In this document: one piece after another, positions 1 to 10,481 of the stretch | How the letters are laid out: each line of letters starts with the position of its first letter | Position numbering within the stretch: position 1 is the stretch's first letter | Notes under the pieces: generated by a model | The model's input: the letters and a program-made list of their open reading frames with translations, nothing else | The model's database searches: none | Told to the model about the DNA's origin: nothing | Program-made: the position numbers and the translations under genes | Origin: Candidatus Doudnabacteria bacterium | GTDB taxonomy: Bacteria; Patescibacteriota; JAQUNI01 | DNA: 64,000 nucleotides | Direction of reading: 5' to 3' | NCBI GenBank assembly: GCA_041644975.1 | Contig: JBAZQX010000008.1 | Location: 334-64,333 of the forward strand

Positions 1-30
1 GAAAAAGAAACAAAAGACCAAAGTCCTGCA

Positions 31-816
31 CTACCCAAGAAAGAGCAGTCCGCCAGAGAAGGAGTCGAGCGCATAGCCGAGAAGGCCAGTGTTGACAAAG
101 TTGAGCCTGTCGACGTGGGCCTTGAAGCAAAGCGAGCTGTCGACGGACTGCCAAGAAAACGCAGCAAGGTCAAAACCTAGGGTATACCAATCCCGAGCAA
201 GGACATCTGGATACATAATCATACCGATAACCACGTCTAGACCAGAGAGGATAAAACCCTCCGGTAAAGTCACCATCTGTTCCCGGTCAGCACAGATGGA
301 GAACCCTTGCAATGGGTTCGGAAAGTAAATCCCAACAACCGTTTTACTTTTCATCACTTCAATAAGTCGGTCATGGCGGCTTTCCGGAACGATTGAAACC
401 GCGTTCGTGAGAGTTCCCTTTCGGTAATTGTGGAACTCCCGATTCTTGAAGGTCTTCTTGTAGCTTTCGCCGGCGCTATCAAGATACCACTCTAACGTAT
501 TGCCGAGGTTATTAACCGACATCTGTGAAACAATAACCGGCAGATGAATGCCGTTGACAATGTTAGAAATTTGGGGGTCGCTCTGAATTATATTCAGCAG
601 GTGCTCGCTCTCATTCTTAAACTGCCCGACTGTGATATCAATCAACCCCTCCAGGCGAATAAAACGATTAGCATAGTCCTCCTCACTCGTCATCTGCGGC
701 TGAACAAGATGGTAATTTCTGTTCGCATCAGAGATCGCACTTTTAAGATCTTTAGTAATCCGACGACCATCTTTGTCAAAAAGTTCTTCTCCTTTCATCT
801 GAACCCTCCTTTGCAT
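31..816 (-). CDS. hypothetical protein (261 aa); no motif recognised
   Basis: Complete ORF from the six-frame track with protein-like composition; no family assigned by eye. Confidence 0.4.
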   Translation of the reverse strand: MQRRVQMKGEELFDKDGRRITKDLKSAISDANRNYHLVQPQMTSEEDYANRFIRLEGLIDITVGQFKNESEHLLNIIQSDPQISNIVNGIHLPVIVSQMSVNNLGNTLEWYLDSAGESYKKTFKNREFHNYRKGTLTNAVSIVPESRHDRLIEVMKSKTVVGIYFPNPLQGFSICADREQMVTLPEGFILSGLDVVIGMIMYPDVLARDWYTLGFDLAAFSWQSVDSSLCFKAHVDRLNFVNTGLLGYALDSFSGGLLFLG

Positions 817-986
817 GTTATTTATCTGTCTTTTGGTTCACCCCTACACGAGGTTTAAGATCTTTCCCTTTATGGAAAGAGTCCATATTATATACCCAAA
901 ATTGATTTCCGTCAAGCCCACCTTAAATTTCAGCTCAACTCAACAATTATCGGGCTAAAGTATAAATTCCCTATTGAAAAGTTAAA

Positions 987-3782
987 TTAAACTTCTATCT
1001 TCTTCATTGCCCCCCAATTTTTCCCCACGGATACTTCCACCTTTAAAGGCACTTTAAGTTTATACACCGCTTCCATAATCTTCTTGAATTTCCGCGCCCA
1101 TAATTCAGCCTTTGCGGTTTTAATTTCAAACAACAAGTCATCATGAACTTGGAGCAAAAGGCGGCATTCTTGAGCATCCTTCCGCATTATCTTGCGCACC
1201 GCGATCATCGCCATTTTAATGATATCCGCGGTCATTCCTTGGGAGGGCATATTAATCGCCATACGCTCGGCGGCTCGCACAATCTGCGCTTGGGAAGAAT
1301 GGATTTCCGGGAGCAAGCGCTTACGACCCAAAAGCGTTCGCACATAACCGTGTTTTTTCGCGAATTTGATCACTTTCTGCACATATTCTTCTAAAGAAGG
1401 ATAGCTTTCCAAATAACTTTCAATAAACTCCTCCGCCTGCTCGCGACTAATTTTTAAACTTTGCGCCAAGCCATAGGCGCTCATCCCATAGATTAAGCCG
1501 AAATTGATCGCTTTGGCGGCGCGGCGCATCCGCGGCGTCACGTCTTCAATGTTGACATTGTGAATTTTAGCCGCGGTGGCGGCGTGGATGTCTTGATCAT
1601 CCTGAAAAGCGGCAATAAGCTGCGAGTCGCCGGATAAATGGGCGACGACGCGCAAATCAATCTGGGAATAATCCAAAGCCACAAGGCTATATCCCTCTTC
1701 CGGCATAAAGGCTTTGCGAATACTATTTCCCAGTTTGGTCCGAATAGGAATATTCTGCAAATTCGGATTAGAAGAAGAAAGCCTGCCCGTAGCCGTAATG
1801 GTCTGATTGAAACTCGTATGCACCCTCCAGGTTTTAGGGTTAATTAAACGAGGCAGCGCCGCCACATAAGTGGATCTTAATTTATAGAGTTCCCGATATT
1901 GGGAGATTAAATCAATAATCGGATGCTTGGCGCGCAATTTCCCTAACTCTTCCGCCGCGGTAGAATAACCGGTTTTGGTTCTTTTAATCCCTAAGGTTGA
2001 TAAACCTAATTTATGGAATAAAATTTGCTCCAGTTCGCGCGTAGAATTGATATTAAATTCTTGTCCGGCTTGGTTGTAAATCCGCTTTTCAAAAAGGCGG
2101 ATCTTAACATTAATTTCCCAATCCAAATCTTTAAGATAATGCTGATCCACGCGGATCCCGTTCATTTCCATTTCCGCCAAAATTTTTACCAAAGGCATTT
2201 CTACGTCGCAAAACAGCTTTTCCAACCCTTCCGCCCGCAACTTCTTTTTCAGAATCGGCATCAACCTTAAAGTCATATCCGCATCTTCGCAAGCGTATTC
2301 CGCTATTTCAGGAAGACTTACTAAATTCATTGTAATTTGTTGCTTTCCTTTACCAATCAATGCCTCGGTCTTAATCTTCTCATGTCCTAATAAATTAAAA
2401 GAAAGAGCATCTAAAGAATGAGCGCGCGAGCCGGGAGACAAAAGATAAGAGGCGAGCATCGTGTCAAAGGAGATGCCCCGCATCTTAACGCCAGCACGCG
2501 TTAAAACAATATAATCATATTTTAAATTATGGCCGATTTTAGGCAAACTTTTATCTACTAAAACGGGTTTTAGAACTGCTAAAGCGCTTTTGCCGTCATA
2601 AAACACTTCCTGATCCAGATAGCGCGCGGGAATATAAAAGGCTTGCCCCGCTTGAAAACAAATACTAACACCCACTAGCTCTGCCAACATTGGCTTCTCG
2701 CTCGTGGTCTCGGTGTCAATACAAAAACCATTTTTTGACTTCTGGAGCTGAACAACTAAATTGTTCAGCTCGGCATAACTCTTGATGACCCTGTAATCGC
2801 AGCCTTTCTTTTTAGTTTTTACTTGGGGACTACGCGCGGATTCTGAAAGTCGCTCACTTTGGGGCACCTTGGAAATTAAACTCTGAAACTCTAATTCGCG
2901 GAAAAGATTCAAAACCTTTTGCCGCTCAAAATCAACAAGAATGCACTTTTGTAAATCTAATTTTAAAGGCATATCTTGAATAATAGTGCCTAGTTTTTTG
3001 CTTAAGAAAGAATCTTTTTTGTATTTCCTTAAATTCTCCAAAAGCTTGCCTTTTAATTCTAAACCTTTGTACTTTAATTTCTCTTCTTCGGGATGTTGAT
3101 CTAAAAAGGTATAAAGATTTTCTATAGAGCGAAAGGCTTTTAAAATTTGGATGGCGCTTTTCTCGCCCACCTTGTAAACTCCAGGAATATTGTCTGAAGC
3201 GTCCCCGGCTAAACCCTTGAAATCGGGTAATTGTTCGGGGCTAAGGCCGTAGCGTTCCCGCACCATTTTCTCATCATAAAGCACCGTATCTTTAACACCT
3301 TTGCGTAAAGTAAAAACCTGTGTATGATCGTCCACGAGCTGCAAAGCGTCCAAATCCCCAGTCACAACGATGGTTTGGATATCTTTGTTTTTCTGTTCAA
3401 TCCGCCGCGCCAGAGTGCCAATTAAATCATCAGCTTCAAAGCCTTTTTTGGCAAAAATGGGGATATTAAAAGCGCGCAATAACTCTTTAACCCGCGGAAT
3501 TTGGGCATAAAGTTCATCCGCGCCTTTCACTCTATGCGCCTTATACAAATCCGAGGCTTTATGACGAAAGGTGGGCGCAGCCAAATCAAAACAAGCGGCG
3601 ATATAATCTGGTTTTAATTTTGCCAAAACATTTAAAAAAACCAAAGTAAAGCCATAAACCGCGTTCACAATCTCGCCGCTCTTCGTCGTCATTGTCATCG
3701 GCAAGGCATGAAACCCGCGGTGCACTAAAGCGTTAGAATCAATGAGAACAAATTTTTTTAGTCTTTTAGCTTCTTTTATCAT
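987..3782 (-). CDS. polA: DNA polymerase I (5'-3' exonuclease, 3'-5' exonuclease and polymerase domains)
   Basis: 947-aa ORF 987..3830. N-terminal FEN-like domain (KKFVLIDSNALVHRGFHALP), 3'-5' exo region, and C-terminal pol A motifs (RRAAKAINFGLIYG, QVHDDLLFE). The likely true start is the internal MIKEAKRLKK at about 3782. Confidence 0.9.
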   Translation of the reverse strand: MIKEAKRLKKFVLIDSNALVHRGFHALPMTMTTKSGEIVNAVYGFTLVFLNVLAKLKPDYIAACFDLAAPTFRHKASDLYKAHRVKGADELYAQIPRVKELLRAFNIPIFAKKGFEADDLIGTLARRIEQKNKDIQTIVVTGDLDALQLVDDHTQVFTLRKGVKDTVLYDEKMVRERYGLSPEQLPDFKGLAGDASDNIPGVYKVGEKSAIQILKAFRSIENLYTFLDQHPEEEKLKYKGLELKGKLLENLRKYKKDSFLSKKLGTIIQDMPLKLDLQKCILVDFERQKVLNLFRELEFQSLISKVPQSERLSESARSPQVKTKKKGCDYRVIKSYAELNNLVVQLQKSKNGFCIDTETTSEKPMLAELVGVSICFQAGQAFYIPARYLDQEVFYDGKSALAVLKPVLVDKSLPKIGHNLKYDYIVLTRAGVKMRGISFDTMLASYLLSPGSRAHSLDALSFNLLGHEKIKTEALIGKGKQQITMNLVSLPEIAEYACEDADMTLRLMPILKKKLRAEGLEKLFCDVEMPLVKILAEMEMNGIRVDQHYLKDLDWEINVKIRLFEKRIYNQAGQEFNINSTRELEQILFHKLGLSTLGIKRTKTGYSTAAEELGKLRAKHPIIDLISQYRELYKLRSTYVAALPRLINPKTWRVHTSFNQTITATGRLSSSNPNLQNIPIRTKLGNSIRKAFMPEEGYSLVALDYSQIDLRVVAHLSGDSQLIAAFQDDQDIHAATAAKIHNVNIEDVTPRMRRAAKAINFGLIYGMSAYGLAQSLKISREQAEEFIESYLESYPSLEEYVQKVIKFAKKHGYVRTLLGRKRLLPEIHSSQAQIVRAAERMAINMPSQGMTADIIKMAMIAVRKIMRKDAQECRLLLQVHDDLLFEIKTAKAELWARKFKKIMEAVYKLKVPLKVEVSVGKNWGAMKKIEV

Positions 3783-4590
3783 TGACCACTCCTTTGGAAT
3801 TGTTAAACACAAAATAATCAAGAATTTCAATCACGCCATACGGCCATTTATCGCGCGCCACAACCTCCGCCCCCTCTTTGACTTTCTCCGCGGCATTATC
3901 CGGCGCTCCTGAATGACCAGCCACCGCGAACATCTCTAAATCCGCTGTGCTATCGCCAATGGCGACCATGTTTTCTCTGGCGACCGCATTCAATTCGCTC
4001 AAATATATAGCTCCTGCCCTCTTGCCCAAACCCTTCGCCACAAAATCCACGGCTGAAGCGCCATGCGTAAAATCAAATAAATTTTTAAAAACAATCGGCG
4101 AAGCTTCATCCTGGCCCTGAAAAATCTTTTTTACTTCTTCAAAAAAATCCTCAATTTTCGTCCCTGCCGGCGCCGCGATGGTGCGGCAAATCTTTTTATC
4201 CTCCTTTTGTCCTCCTAGTTTGAACAACGCCGGGGCTATCTCGCGATCAAAAAGCTCTAGAGCGCGTAAAACTTCCTCTGTAATCAAAGGGTGATATTTT
4301 AATTCCCAATTTTCGTGCCGCCGAAAAATCCCGCCATTTTCAAAACAGGACCAGAGCTCCGGATTAGTCTCTTTGAAACCTAAAGACTCAATTGCCGCAT
4401 AGCCATAATCATCTCCTCGGCCCGTAGCCAGTACAAAACCCCATTCACTTGCTTTTTTGTGGACTTCTTTAATTTTATTTTTTAGCTCCAGCATCCCTTC
4501 TAAATTCCACGGCTCGCCCGGTCCGCCTACGCCGTTCACGCTCCCATCCCAATCCAGAAGAAATAGTTTTTTGATTTCATTTTTTCTCAT
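3766..4590 (-). CDS. HAD-superfamily hydrolase (IIB/Cof-like phosphatase)
   Basis: DxD motif LLDWDGSV near the N-terminus and a C-terminal GDSTADLEMF motif; about 270 aa. Confidence 0.7.
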   Translation of the reverse strand: MRKNEIKKLFLLDWDGSVNGVGGPGEPWNLEGMLELKNKIKEVHKKASEWGFVLATGRGDDYGYAAIESLGFKETNPELWSCFENGGIFRRHENWELKYHPLITEEVLRALELFDREIAPALFKLGGQKEDKKICRTIAAPAGTKIEDFFEEVKKIFQGQDEASPIVFKNLFDFTHGASAVDFVAKGLGKRAGAIYLSELNAVARENMVAIGDSTADLEMFAVAGHSGAPDNAAEKVKEGAEVVARDKWPYGVIEILDYFVFNNSKGVVNDKRS

Positions 4591-4657
4591 TTTTTTAGTC
4601 TTATTTTCTTTTATTATACCATTTTAGCCAAAAATTGGGAATAAAAAAGGAGCTCTC

Positions 4658-5440
4658 TTATTGAGCTCCTATATATTCCACAAAAGATCTAATAACCCAT
4701 GCCGTTTCCAAGGGTGCGCTACCCTTATTCGGAGCATGGATTTTAGCAGCATCCCAAACCTCTTTAGCGTTTGTAAAAGGAGCTCCAGATTGCCCAACCG
4801 CTCCAAACACGGGGATGCCACTCTTTGCATCATCCACATAGATAACGTTTTGAGGATCAACACCATTCCGGTAACAAAGATCTAAAATATTTTTTTCCTT
4901 AGAACCACCAACTGGCCAAATATCTACGGCCGAATTGGTTCTCGTGCATTTCACAATCTCTGCAAGCTTGAGATCACCAATATAATCCTGGACAATTTTT
5001 AAAAGTTCATCCAGTGAACCACCATCCGGCGGATTATAGGTTAAGCAGACCTCCTTCTTTTCCTGTTTTCCGCCCCGTTTTTTTATTTCTGAAACAAGAG
5101 TTATATTCAGTATCTCACGCGCATCTAAATATTCTTGGGTAACGCAATCTGCATACTCACATAACCAAGATGGCGTGTGTTGCGCCATAATTAAGCCGCC
5201 CTCAAAACCAGACCAATGCCCAAAATGACTTTTTATCAACCCCAAGGCTTCGGAGATGGCGAATCCGTACTGCACACCACGCCCAGTTAGTAAACAAACA
5301 CTAAAACTCGTCGGAACTTCTGCAATTGTTTTGGCAAGTTCTGCCATCCCTACCAAATCCCATAGTATCCCAGGACCGCCGGTACGACTATTACAACAAC
5401 CATCGAAATCTAAAACTACAGAGTACTTTATCTCTTTCAT
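4658..5440 (-). CDS. HAD-superfamily hydrolase, tandem paralog of the upstream gene
   Basis: VVLDFDGCC, GGPGILWDL.GMAEL and LLTGRG align with the neighbouring HAD protein (LLDWDGSV, GGPGEPWNLEGMLEL, LATGRG). Confidence 0.7.
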   Translation of the reverse strand: MKEIKYSVVLDFDGCCNSRTGGPGILWDLVGMAELAKTIAEVPTSFSVCLLTGRGVQYGFAISEALGLIKSHFGHWSGFEGGLIMAQHTPSWLCEYADCVTQEYLDAREILNITLVSEIKKRGGKQEKKEVCLTYNPPDGGSLDELLKIVQDYIGDLKLAEIVKCTRTNSAVDIWPVGGSKEKNILDLCYRNGVDPQNVIYVDDAKSGIPVFGAVGQSGAPFTNAKEVWDAAKIHAPNKGSAPLETAWVIRSFVEYIGAQ

Positions 5441-5562
5441 CGTCTCTTTCCTCCATTCAAATTAAGGCCATTCAAACCATTTAACAACTTAAAAGAGCCT
5501 CCCAACAAGGCTCTTTATGTTAACATAAATCAATTCTTATGCCAAATAAAACTCTTTGTTCA

Positions 5563-6003
5563 TTACGCGTTACTCGTTACTATAATTTCCCTCCTCCTCT
5601 CCTCTAAAATCTCAAATCTTATCTTAATTCTCCCTTGCGGCAAATATCCCGCGATCTTGTCCGCCCATTCTACTAAAACAATATTATTATCCCCCAAAAT
5701 TTCTTCCCACCCCAAAGCCAAAATCTCTTCTGGTTCGCGTAAACGATAGCAATCAAAATGGTAAAAATATTTTAAACCTTTCTTTTTTAATAAATACCTT
5801 TTCATCAAAACAAAACTCGGGCTTGTGATTTTTTCTTTGATACCTAATCCAGCCGCGAAACCTTGAGCGAAAGTGGTTTTTCCACCGCCCAAATCTCCGG
5901 AAAGGCAAATCAGAACACTATTCATCAAACTTTGCGCGAGAATCTCGCCAAGCTTTTTTGTCTTTTCAGGTGAATCAGTCAGGAATTCTTGTTTTAAACC
6001 CAT
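5563..6003 (-). CDS. tsaE: tRNA threonylcarbamoyladenosine biosynthesis ATPase TsaE (YjeE)
   Basis: 146 aa, P-loop GDLGGGKTTFAQG, typical TsaE size and motif. Confidence 0.8.
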   Translation of the reverse strand: MGLKQEFLTDSPEKTKKLGEILAQSLMNSVLICLSGDLGGGKTTFAQGFAAGLGIKEKITSPSFVLMKRYLLKKKGLKYFYHFDCYRLREPEEILALGWEEILGDNNIVLVEWADKIAGYLPQGRIKIRFEILEERRREIIVTSNA

Positions 6004-6812
6004 AGGCTAAAAATAATTGCTAAAAAACCAACCACAAATAAATAATACGCGAATATGTTGAGCTTATGCTGACTTAAATAGGACATTAAAAACCGAATAC
6101 TTAAATAGCCAACAACACAAGCAGTCAAAAAACCAATAGCCAACATTGGTAATTTAATTCCCACCAACACATTATAATTTTTTACCAAATCATAGACAGT
6201 CGCTCCCAAAATCGCGGGAACGGCCAAAAGGAATGAGACTTCGGCCGCTTCGCGGCGGGCGAGCTTGCGGCTCATCCCAGCCGCGATTGTCGTTCCAGAA
6301 CGCGATACGCCAGGAAGCAGCGCAATACTTTGGATTAAACCGATAACAAAATAATCTTTCAATGATAATACTTCTTTCGAACGCGCTTCCTGTTTCTTGC
6401 TTCTCCACCATTCAATGGTAATAAATCCTATACCCGCCAGAATCATCAAAATCCCCACGGCAAAAGCGGAACGAAAATATTGATCAATTATTTTTTCACT
6501 AAAATAACCTACAACTATAGCGGGGATAGTGCCGATTATAATTCCAAAAGCGAGCTTTCGGGCAGTTGCTTCCCATTTGAAAAATCCGACTATCAGCTTT
6601 TGCCAAGTTTTCCAAAAATAAAAAAGGATCGCCACCAATGTTCCAAAATGAAGAATTATATCAAAACTCAAGCCGCTGTCCGCCCAACCGAGAAACTGGG
6701 GCACTAAAATCAAATGCCCCGAGCTGGAAACCGGAATAAATTCTGTAACGCCCTGGACAGCGCCTAAAATAATCACTTGCCAAAGATTCATTGTTTTATT
6801 GCCGCCCTGCAC
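5994..6812 (-). CDS. uppP: undecaprenyl-diphosphatase UppP/BacA
   Basis: 272-aa polytopic membrane protein with the PGVSRSGTTI signature. Confidence 0.85.
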   Translation of the reverse strand: MQGGNKTMNLWQVIILGAVQGVTEFIPVSSSGHLILVPQFLGWADSGLSFDIILHFGTLVAILFYFWKTWQKLIVGFFKWEATARKLAFGIIIGTIPAIVVGYFSEKIIDQYFRSAFAVGILMILAGIGFITIEWWRSKKQEARSKEVLSLKDYFVIGLIQSIALLPGVSRSGTTIAAGMSRKLARREAAEVSFLLAVPAILGATVYDLVKNYNVLVGIKLPMLAIGFLTACVVGYLSIRFLMSYLSQHKLNIFAYYLFVVGFLAIIFSLWV

Positions 6813-7077
6813 CCTGCGTGGTTCAGGGTTATTATTTAATTGCTCTCTCTATAGAAGCTTCCTTATTAATCTTACCTAAAAATTAAGAAGATGACAAAAT
6901 TCTAATTATAGTTTTCCATTTTGCCTGCCCCGCTCGCCTTTAACCTGTCTGTCAGTTTATATTACTTAGCAAATATAAATGAGCAGTTATCGGTAGACTA
7001 TTTAACGCGAGGCGGGCCGGGGAATTTTAAATTTATTTTACCCATTTGACACCTTCAATGAGATGCGATAAATTAAA

Positions 7078-8265
7078 GTGATAAACATTTTTAAAAAAGC
7101 CAAAAGCACCATGGAACTCACTCCTCAAGAACAAATCAAAAAAATTATTGAGCCAAGCAAAGAAATCTTATTAATTGCCGAAGCTCAAAATAGCATTGAT
7201 TCGCTGTCTAGTCTCCTCGCCTTCCATCTCTTCCTGAATAAAATAGGTAAAAAAAACGACCCGATAGCGCAAGTGGAAAAAATGAAAGACCTGGATTTTT
7301 TACCTGCTTTTTCTGCCCTCAAATCTAATTTAAAAGGCGCTAAGGACTTTATTATTTCTCTAGATATCAGTCGAACAAAGGTAGAGCAGTTTAAATATAG
7401 TATTAAGGATAATAAACTAAATATTTACATTACGCCCAGCAATGGTTACTTTGAACCCCGCGACATAGAAACAAAAAAAGGGAAGTCAAAATACGATTTA
7501 ATTATTACCCTCAATACCGCTACCTTAGAAAAATTGGGCAGCCTTTATGAAGAAAACGCGGAAATCTTCTATGAGTCCCCTCTTGTTAATATTGACTGTC
7601 ACCCGAATAATGAAAATTTCGGTGAAATCAATCTCGTAGATCCCGCTGTCTCCTCTACCTCGGAAATTCTATTTTCCCTCTTCCAGATCTTTGATCCTAA
7701 AAATATTACCCCGGAAATCGCTACCTGCCTATTGGCTGGTATTATCGGCATAACAGAGAGCTTCCAAGCCCAAAACACCACGCCAACGGCTTTTACCACC
7801 GCCGCCAAATTAGTGGAGATGGGAGCAAACAGGGAAATAATTATTCATCATTTTTATAAAACACGTCCCTTATCTCACCTCCGCCTTTGGGGCAGAACCT
7901 TGGCGCGTCTTAAAACCGCGGCGGAACAAAGAGTAATCTGGTCGCTCCTTTCTCCCGTGGATTTTGAAAAATCAAAAAGTGAAGCTTCCCATCTGGATCA
8001 AATTTTATCCGATCTCAAAAATAATACCGCGAAGTCAGAAATCGTCTTCCTCCTCGCGGAAGATAAACCGAACTCCTTCCATCTGAAAATCAAAAAGGTG
8101 AACAAAAATATTGATTTGAAAAATCTTGAGAAAATATTTAAAGAACAAGGCTTCCAAGTAAAGGAAAATCCCGAGGATTTGATTTCTTTCACGAAAAGTG
8201 AAGGTATTCTAGCCAACCTAGAACAAGATATCCTGAATGTGATTAAAGGAATCTTGCCCGCTTAA
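7078..8265 (+). CDS. DHH-family NrnA-like phosphoesterase homolog with degenerate catalytic motifs
   Basis: IDCHPNNENFGEINLVDP...STSEILFSL matches the NrnA motif III/IV region, but DHH is replaced by DCH, the motif I Asp residues are lost (AEAQNSIDSLSS), and there is no GGGH. Confidence 0.55.
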   Translation: MINIFKKAKSTMELTPQEQIKKIIEPSKEILLIAEAQNSIDSLSSLLAFHLFLNKIGKKNDPIAQVEKMKDLDFLPAFSALKSNLKGAKDFIISLDISRTKVEQFKYSIKDNKLNIYITPSNGYFEPRDIETKKGKSKYDLIITLNTATLEKLGSLYEENAEIFYESPLVNIDCHPNNENFGEINLVDPAVSSTSEILFSLFQIFDPKNITPEIATCLLAGIIGITESFQAQNTTPTAFTTAAKLVEMGANREIIIHHFYKTRPLSHLRLWGRTLARLKTAAEQRVIWSLLSPVDFEKSKSEASHLDQILSDLKNNTAKSEIVFLLAEDKPNSFHLKIKKVNKNIDLKNLEKIFKEQGFQVKENPEDLISFTKSEGILANLEQDILNVIKGILPA

Positions 8266-8428
8266 AATATACAGGCCTTCTACATAACGGCAAGAGGTGA
8301 GAAAAAAGGAAGGTCTTTTTGTTTTTTTAAAAAAAGGTATAATAAATATAAGACGCTCGCCTGCCGGCGAGACAGGAAGAGCAGTCAGACCACGGGCGTG
8401 AGCCCGTGGAGCTTCACTTTACATTTTA

Positions 8429-8553
8429 CCCCGTTAGAGAAAGTGCATCCCATTACAAATTCATTTGTAATGGGATAGTCATTACCACTTAAAACTGACC
8501 CCGTTAGAAATAAATTTCTAAAAGGGGTTAGAGAACGAAGTTCTCTAACGGGG
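8429..8553. repeat. Family A palindromic element (CCCCGTTAGAGAA ... TTCTCTAACGGGG), copy 1, upstream of pilB
   Basis: Terminal inverted repeats ccccgttagagaa/ttctctaacgggg, an internal hairpin cccattacaaat/atttgtaatggg, and a conserved ccccgttagaaataaatttctaaaagggg hairpin. Confidence 0.7.
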
Positions 8554-8569
8554 TTTACGCTTTTATATT

Positions 8570-10228
8570 ATGTCCGAAGATATCCAAAATCAACAATCCC
8601 AAGACGTTACCGAGCTTTTCAACACCGTGGAAGAAAAAAGCATTAGCTTTGAAGAAAAAAGGATTAAAGCCATGGCGTTAAAAAATAGAATGCCCTACAT
8701 TAATCTGCAAAAGCTGGCGATTGAATCTGAAGCTTTAACCTTGATTTCTAAAGCTGAAAGCGTAAAAGGCCAAATCATCTGTTTCTATAAAAGTAAGGAT
8801 GTTTTAAGGTTGGGCATTACTGATCCTCACAACCAAGCCGCTTTAAGTGTTATTGAGACGTTAAAAAAACAATATCAATGCATTATTTACCTCATTTCGG
8901 AAGCCAGTTTTGAACACGCCATTTCCCTTTATCCGCTCACGGTTGGTGAAATCAAAAGTCCGCTTGCGGAAGAAGAAAAAATTAGAATCACCTCGGATTT
9001 AATCGCGGGAGCCTCTTCGGAACTAGAATCCTGGCAAGCCTTGGGGCCGGCTCTCATCAACAAAAATACTGAAGAAATTATTAGTCTCCTTATTGCGCGG
9101 GGTATTGGGGCAAGAGCGAGCGACATCCACCTAGAGCCTAAAGAAAATGAAGTGGTTCTGCGCCTCCGCATTGATGGAATTATGCGCGACATCATTGCCT
9201 TCTCCCCTCAGATTTACCCCCGTATTCTTTCGCGAATAAAATTAATCGGGGGACTAAAATTAAATGTCAGAAAAATGCCCCAAGATGGCCGATTCACTGT
9301 TTATCAAAATCACGCAGAAATTGACATTCGGGTTTCTAGCCTGCCCACTAATTACGGGGAGGCAATTACCCTGCGCCTGCTTGGCCTTGATCGTGATTAC
9401 CTGCTCAAGATTGAAAACTTAGGCATCGCCGAGGAAGAATTAAAAATCGTAAAAACCGACCTCGGCAAAACTAGCGGGATGATTTTGCTCACCGGCGCCA
9501 CAGGCTCCGGAAAAACCACTACCCTTTACGCTTTTTTAAGCCACAGAAAGACACCCGAGATTAAAATTATGACCCTAGAAGATCCTATTGAATATCGTCT
9601 TGAGGGAATTTCTCAAATTCAGATTAATGAAAGAGAGGGCCTTACTTTCGCTCGGGCGCTGCGCGGCGTGTTAAGGCAAGATCCTGATGTAATTATGGTC
9701 GGTGAAATCAGAGATCCGGAAACCGCGGAGATCACCATTCGCGCCGCCACCACCGGACATACAGTCCTTTCTACCCTCCATGCCGGTTCTACTTCAGAGA
9801 TTATTACGCAACTAAGCAATATGGGAGCAGACCCGCAAAACCTCTCCAACGTCTTAAATCTATTAATCAACCAAAAATTGGTGCGCCGTCTTTGCCAAGA
9901 GTGCCGCAAGCCTTACGATGTCTCTCCGGAACTTTATGAAAAGATTAAAAAAGTCGCCCAAAACAAAATATCCCTGCCAGAAAAATTAACTCTCTTTAAG
10001 CCCAAAGGGTGTGCACTTTGCGAAAATATCGGCTATAAGGGACAGGTCGGCATCTTTGAAATTATGCATATTTCCAGGATAATTCGCAAATTAATTGCGA
10101 GTCGCAGCGCGCCCGAAGAAATTTATAGCGAGGCTATTCAAGGAGGAATGTTTACCTTGATCCAAGACGGTTTGCGCAAGGTGGTACGGGGCGATACCAC
10201 CTTGGAAGAATTAAAAAGAGTAAGTTAA
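8570..10228 (+). CDS. pilB: type IV pilus assembly ATPase PilB (GspE family)
   Basis: T2SSE N-terminal domain, Walker A GATGSGKTTTLYA, and a tetracysteine CQECRK...CALC motif. Confidence 0.85.
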   Translation: MSEDIQNQQSQDVTELFNTVEEKSISFEEKRIKAMALKNRMPYINLQKLAIESEALTLISKAESVKGQIICFYKSKDVLRLGITDPHNQAALSVIETLKKQYQCIIYLISEASFEHAISLYPLTVGEIKSPLAEEEKIRITSDLIAGASSELESWQALGPALINKNTEEIISLLIARGIGARASDIHLEPKENEVVLRLRIDGIMRDIIAFSPQIYPRILSRIKLIGGLKLNVRKMPQDGRFTVYQNHAEIDIRVSSLPTNYGEAITLRLLGLDRDYLLKIENLGIAEEELKIVKTDLGKTSGMILLTGATGSGKTTTLYAFLSHRKTPEIKIMTLEDPIEYRLEGISQIQINEREGLTFARALRGVLRQDPDVIMVGEIRDPETAEITIRAATTGHTVLSTLHAGSTSEIITQLSNMGADPQNLSNVLNLLINQKLVRRLCQECRKPYDVSPELYEKIKKVAQNKISLPEKLTLFKPKGCALCENIGYKGQVGIFEIMHISRIIRKLIASRSAPEEIYSEAIQGGMFTLIQDGLRKVVRGDTTLEELKRVS

Positions 10229-10247
10229 GCGATATTCATCGCCTTTA

Positions 10248-10393
10248 CCCCGTTAGAGAAAGCCACCGATTTTAATCGGTGGTCATTACCGCTTAAAGTT
10301 GGCGATGGCTTAACGCCACCGTCAGTGCAAACCGTTAGCCCCGTTAGAAATAAATTTCTAAACTGGGTTAGAGAACGAGGTTCTCTAACGGGG
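10248..10393. repeat. Family A palindromic element, copy 2, downstream of pilB
   Basis: Same termini and the same internal ccccgttagaaataaatttctaaa module as copy 1, with a different internal hairpin (ccaccgattttaatcggtgg). Confidence 0.7.
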
Positions 10394-10481
10394 TTTACTT
10401 GCGGAGCGCGGAGCAGGGTCTCCAAAAAATGAAACTTTTTAGGGTTCACTGTTACCCCTTATTATCCGAAATAGATGTTAG

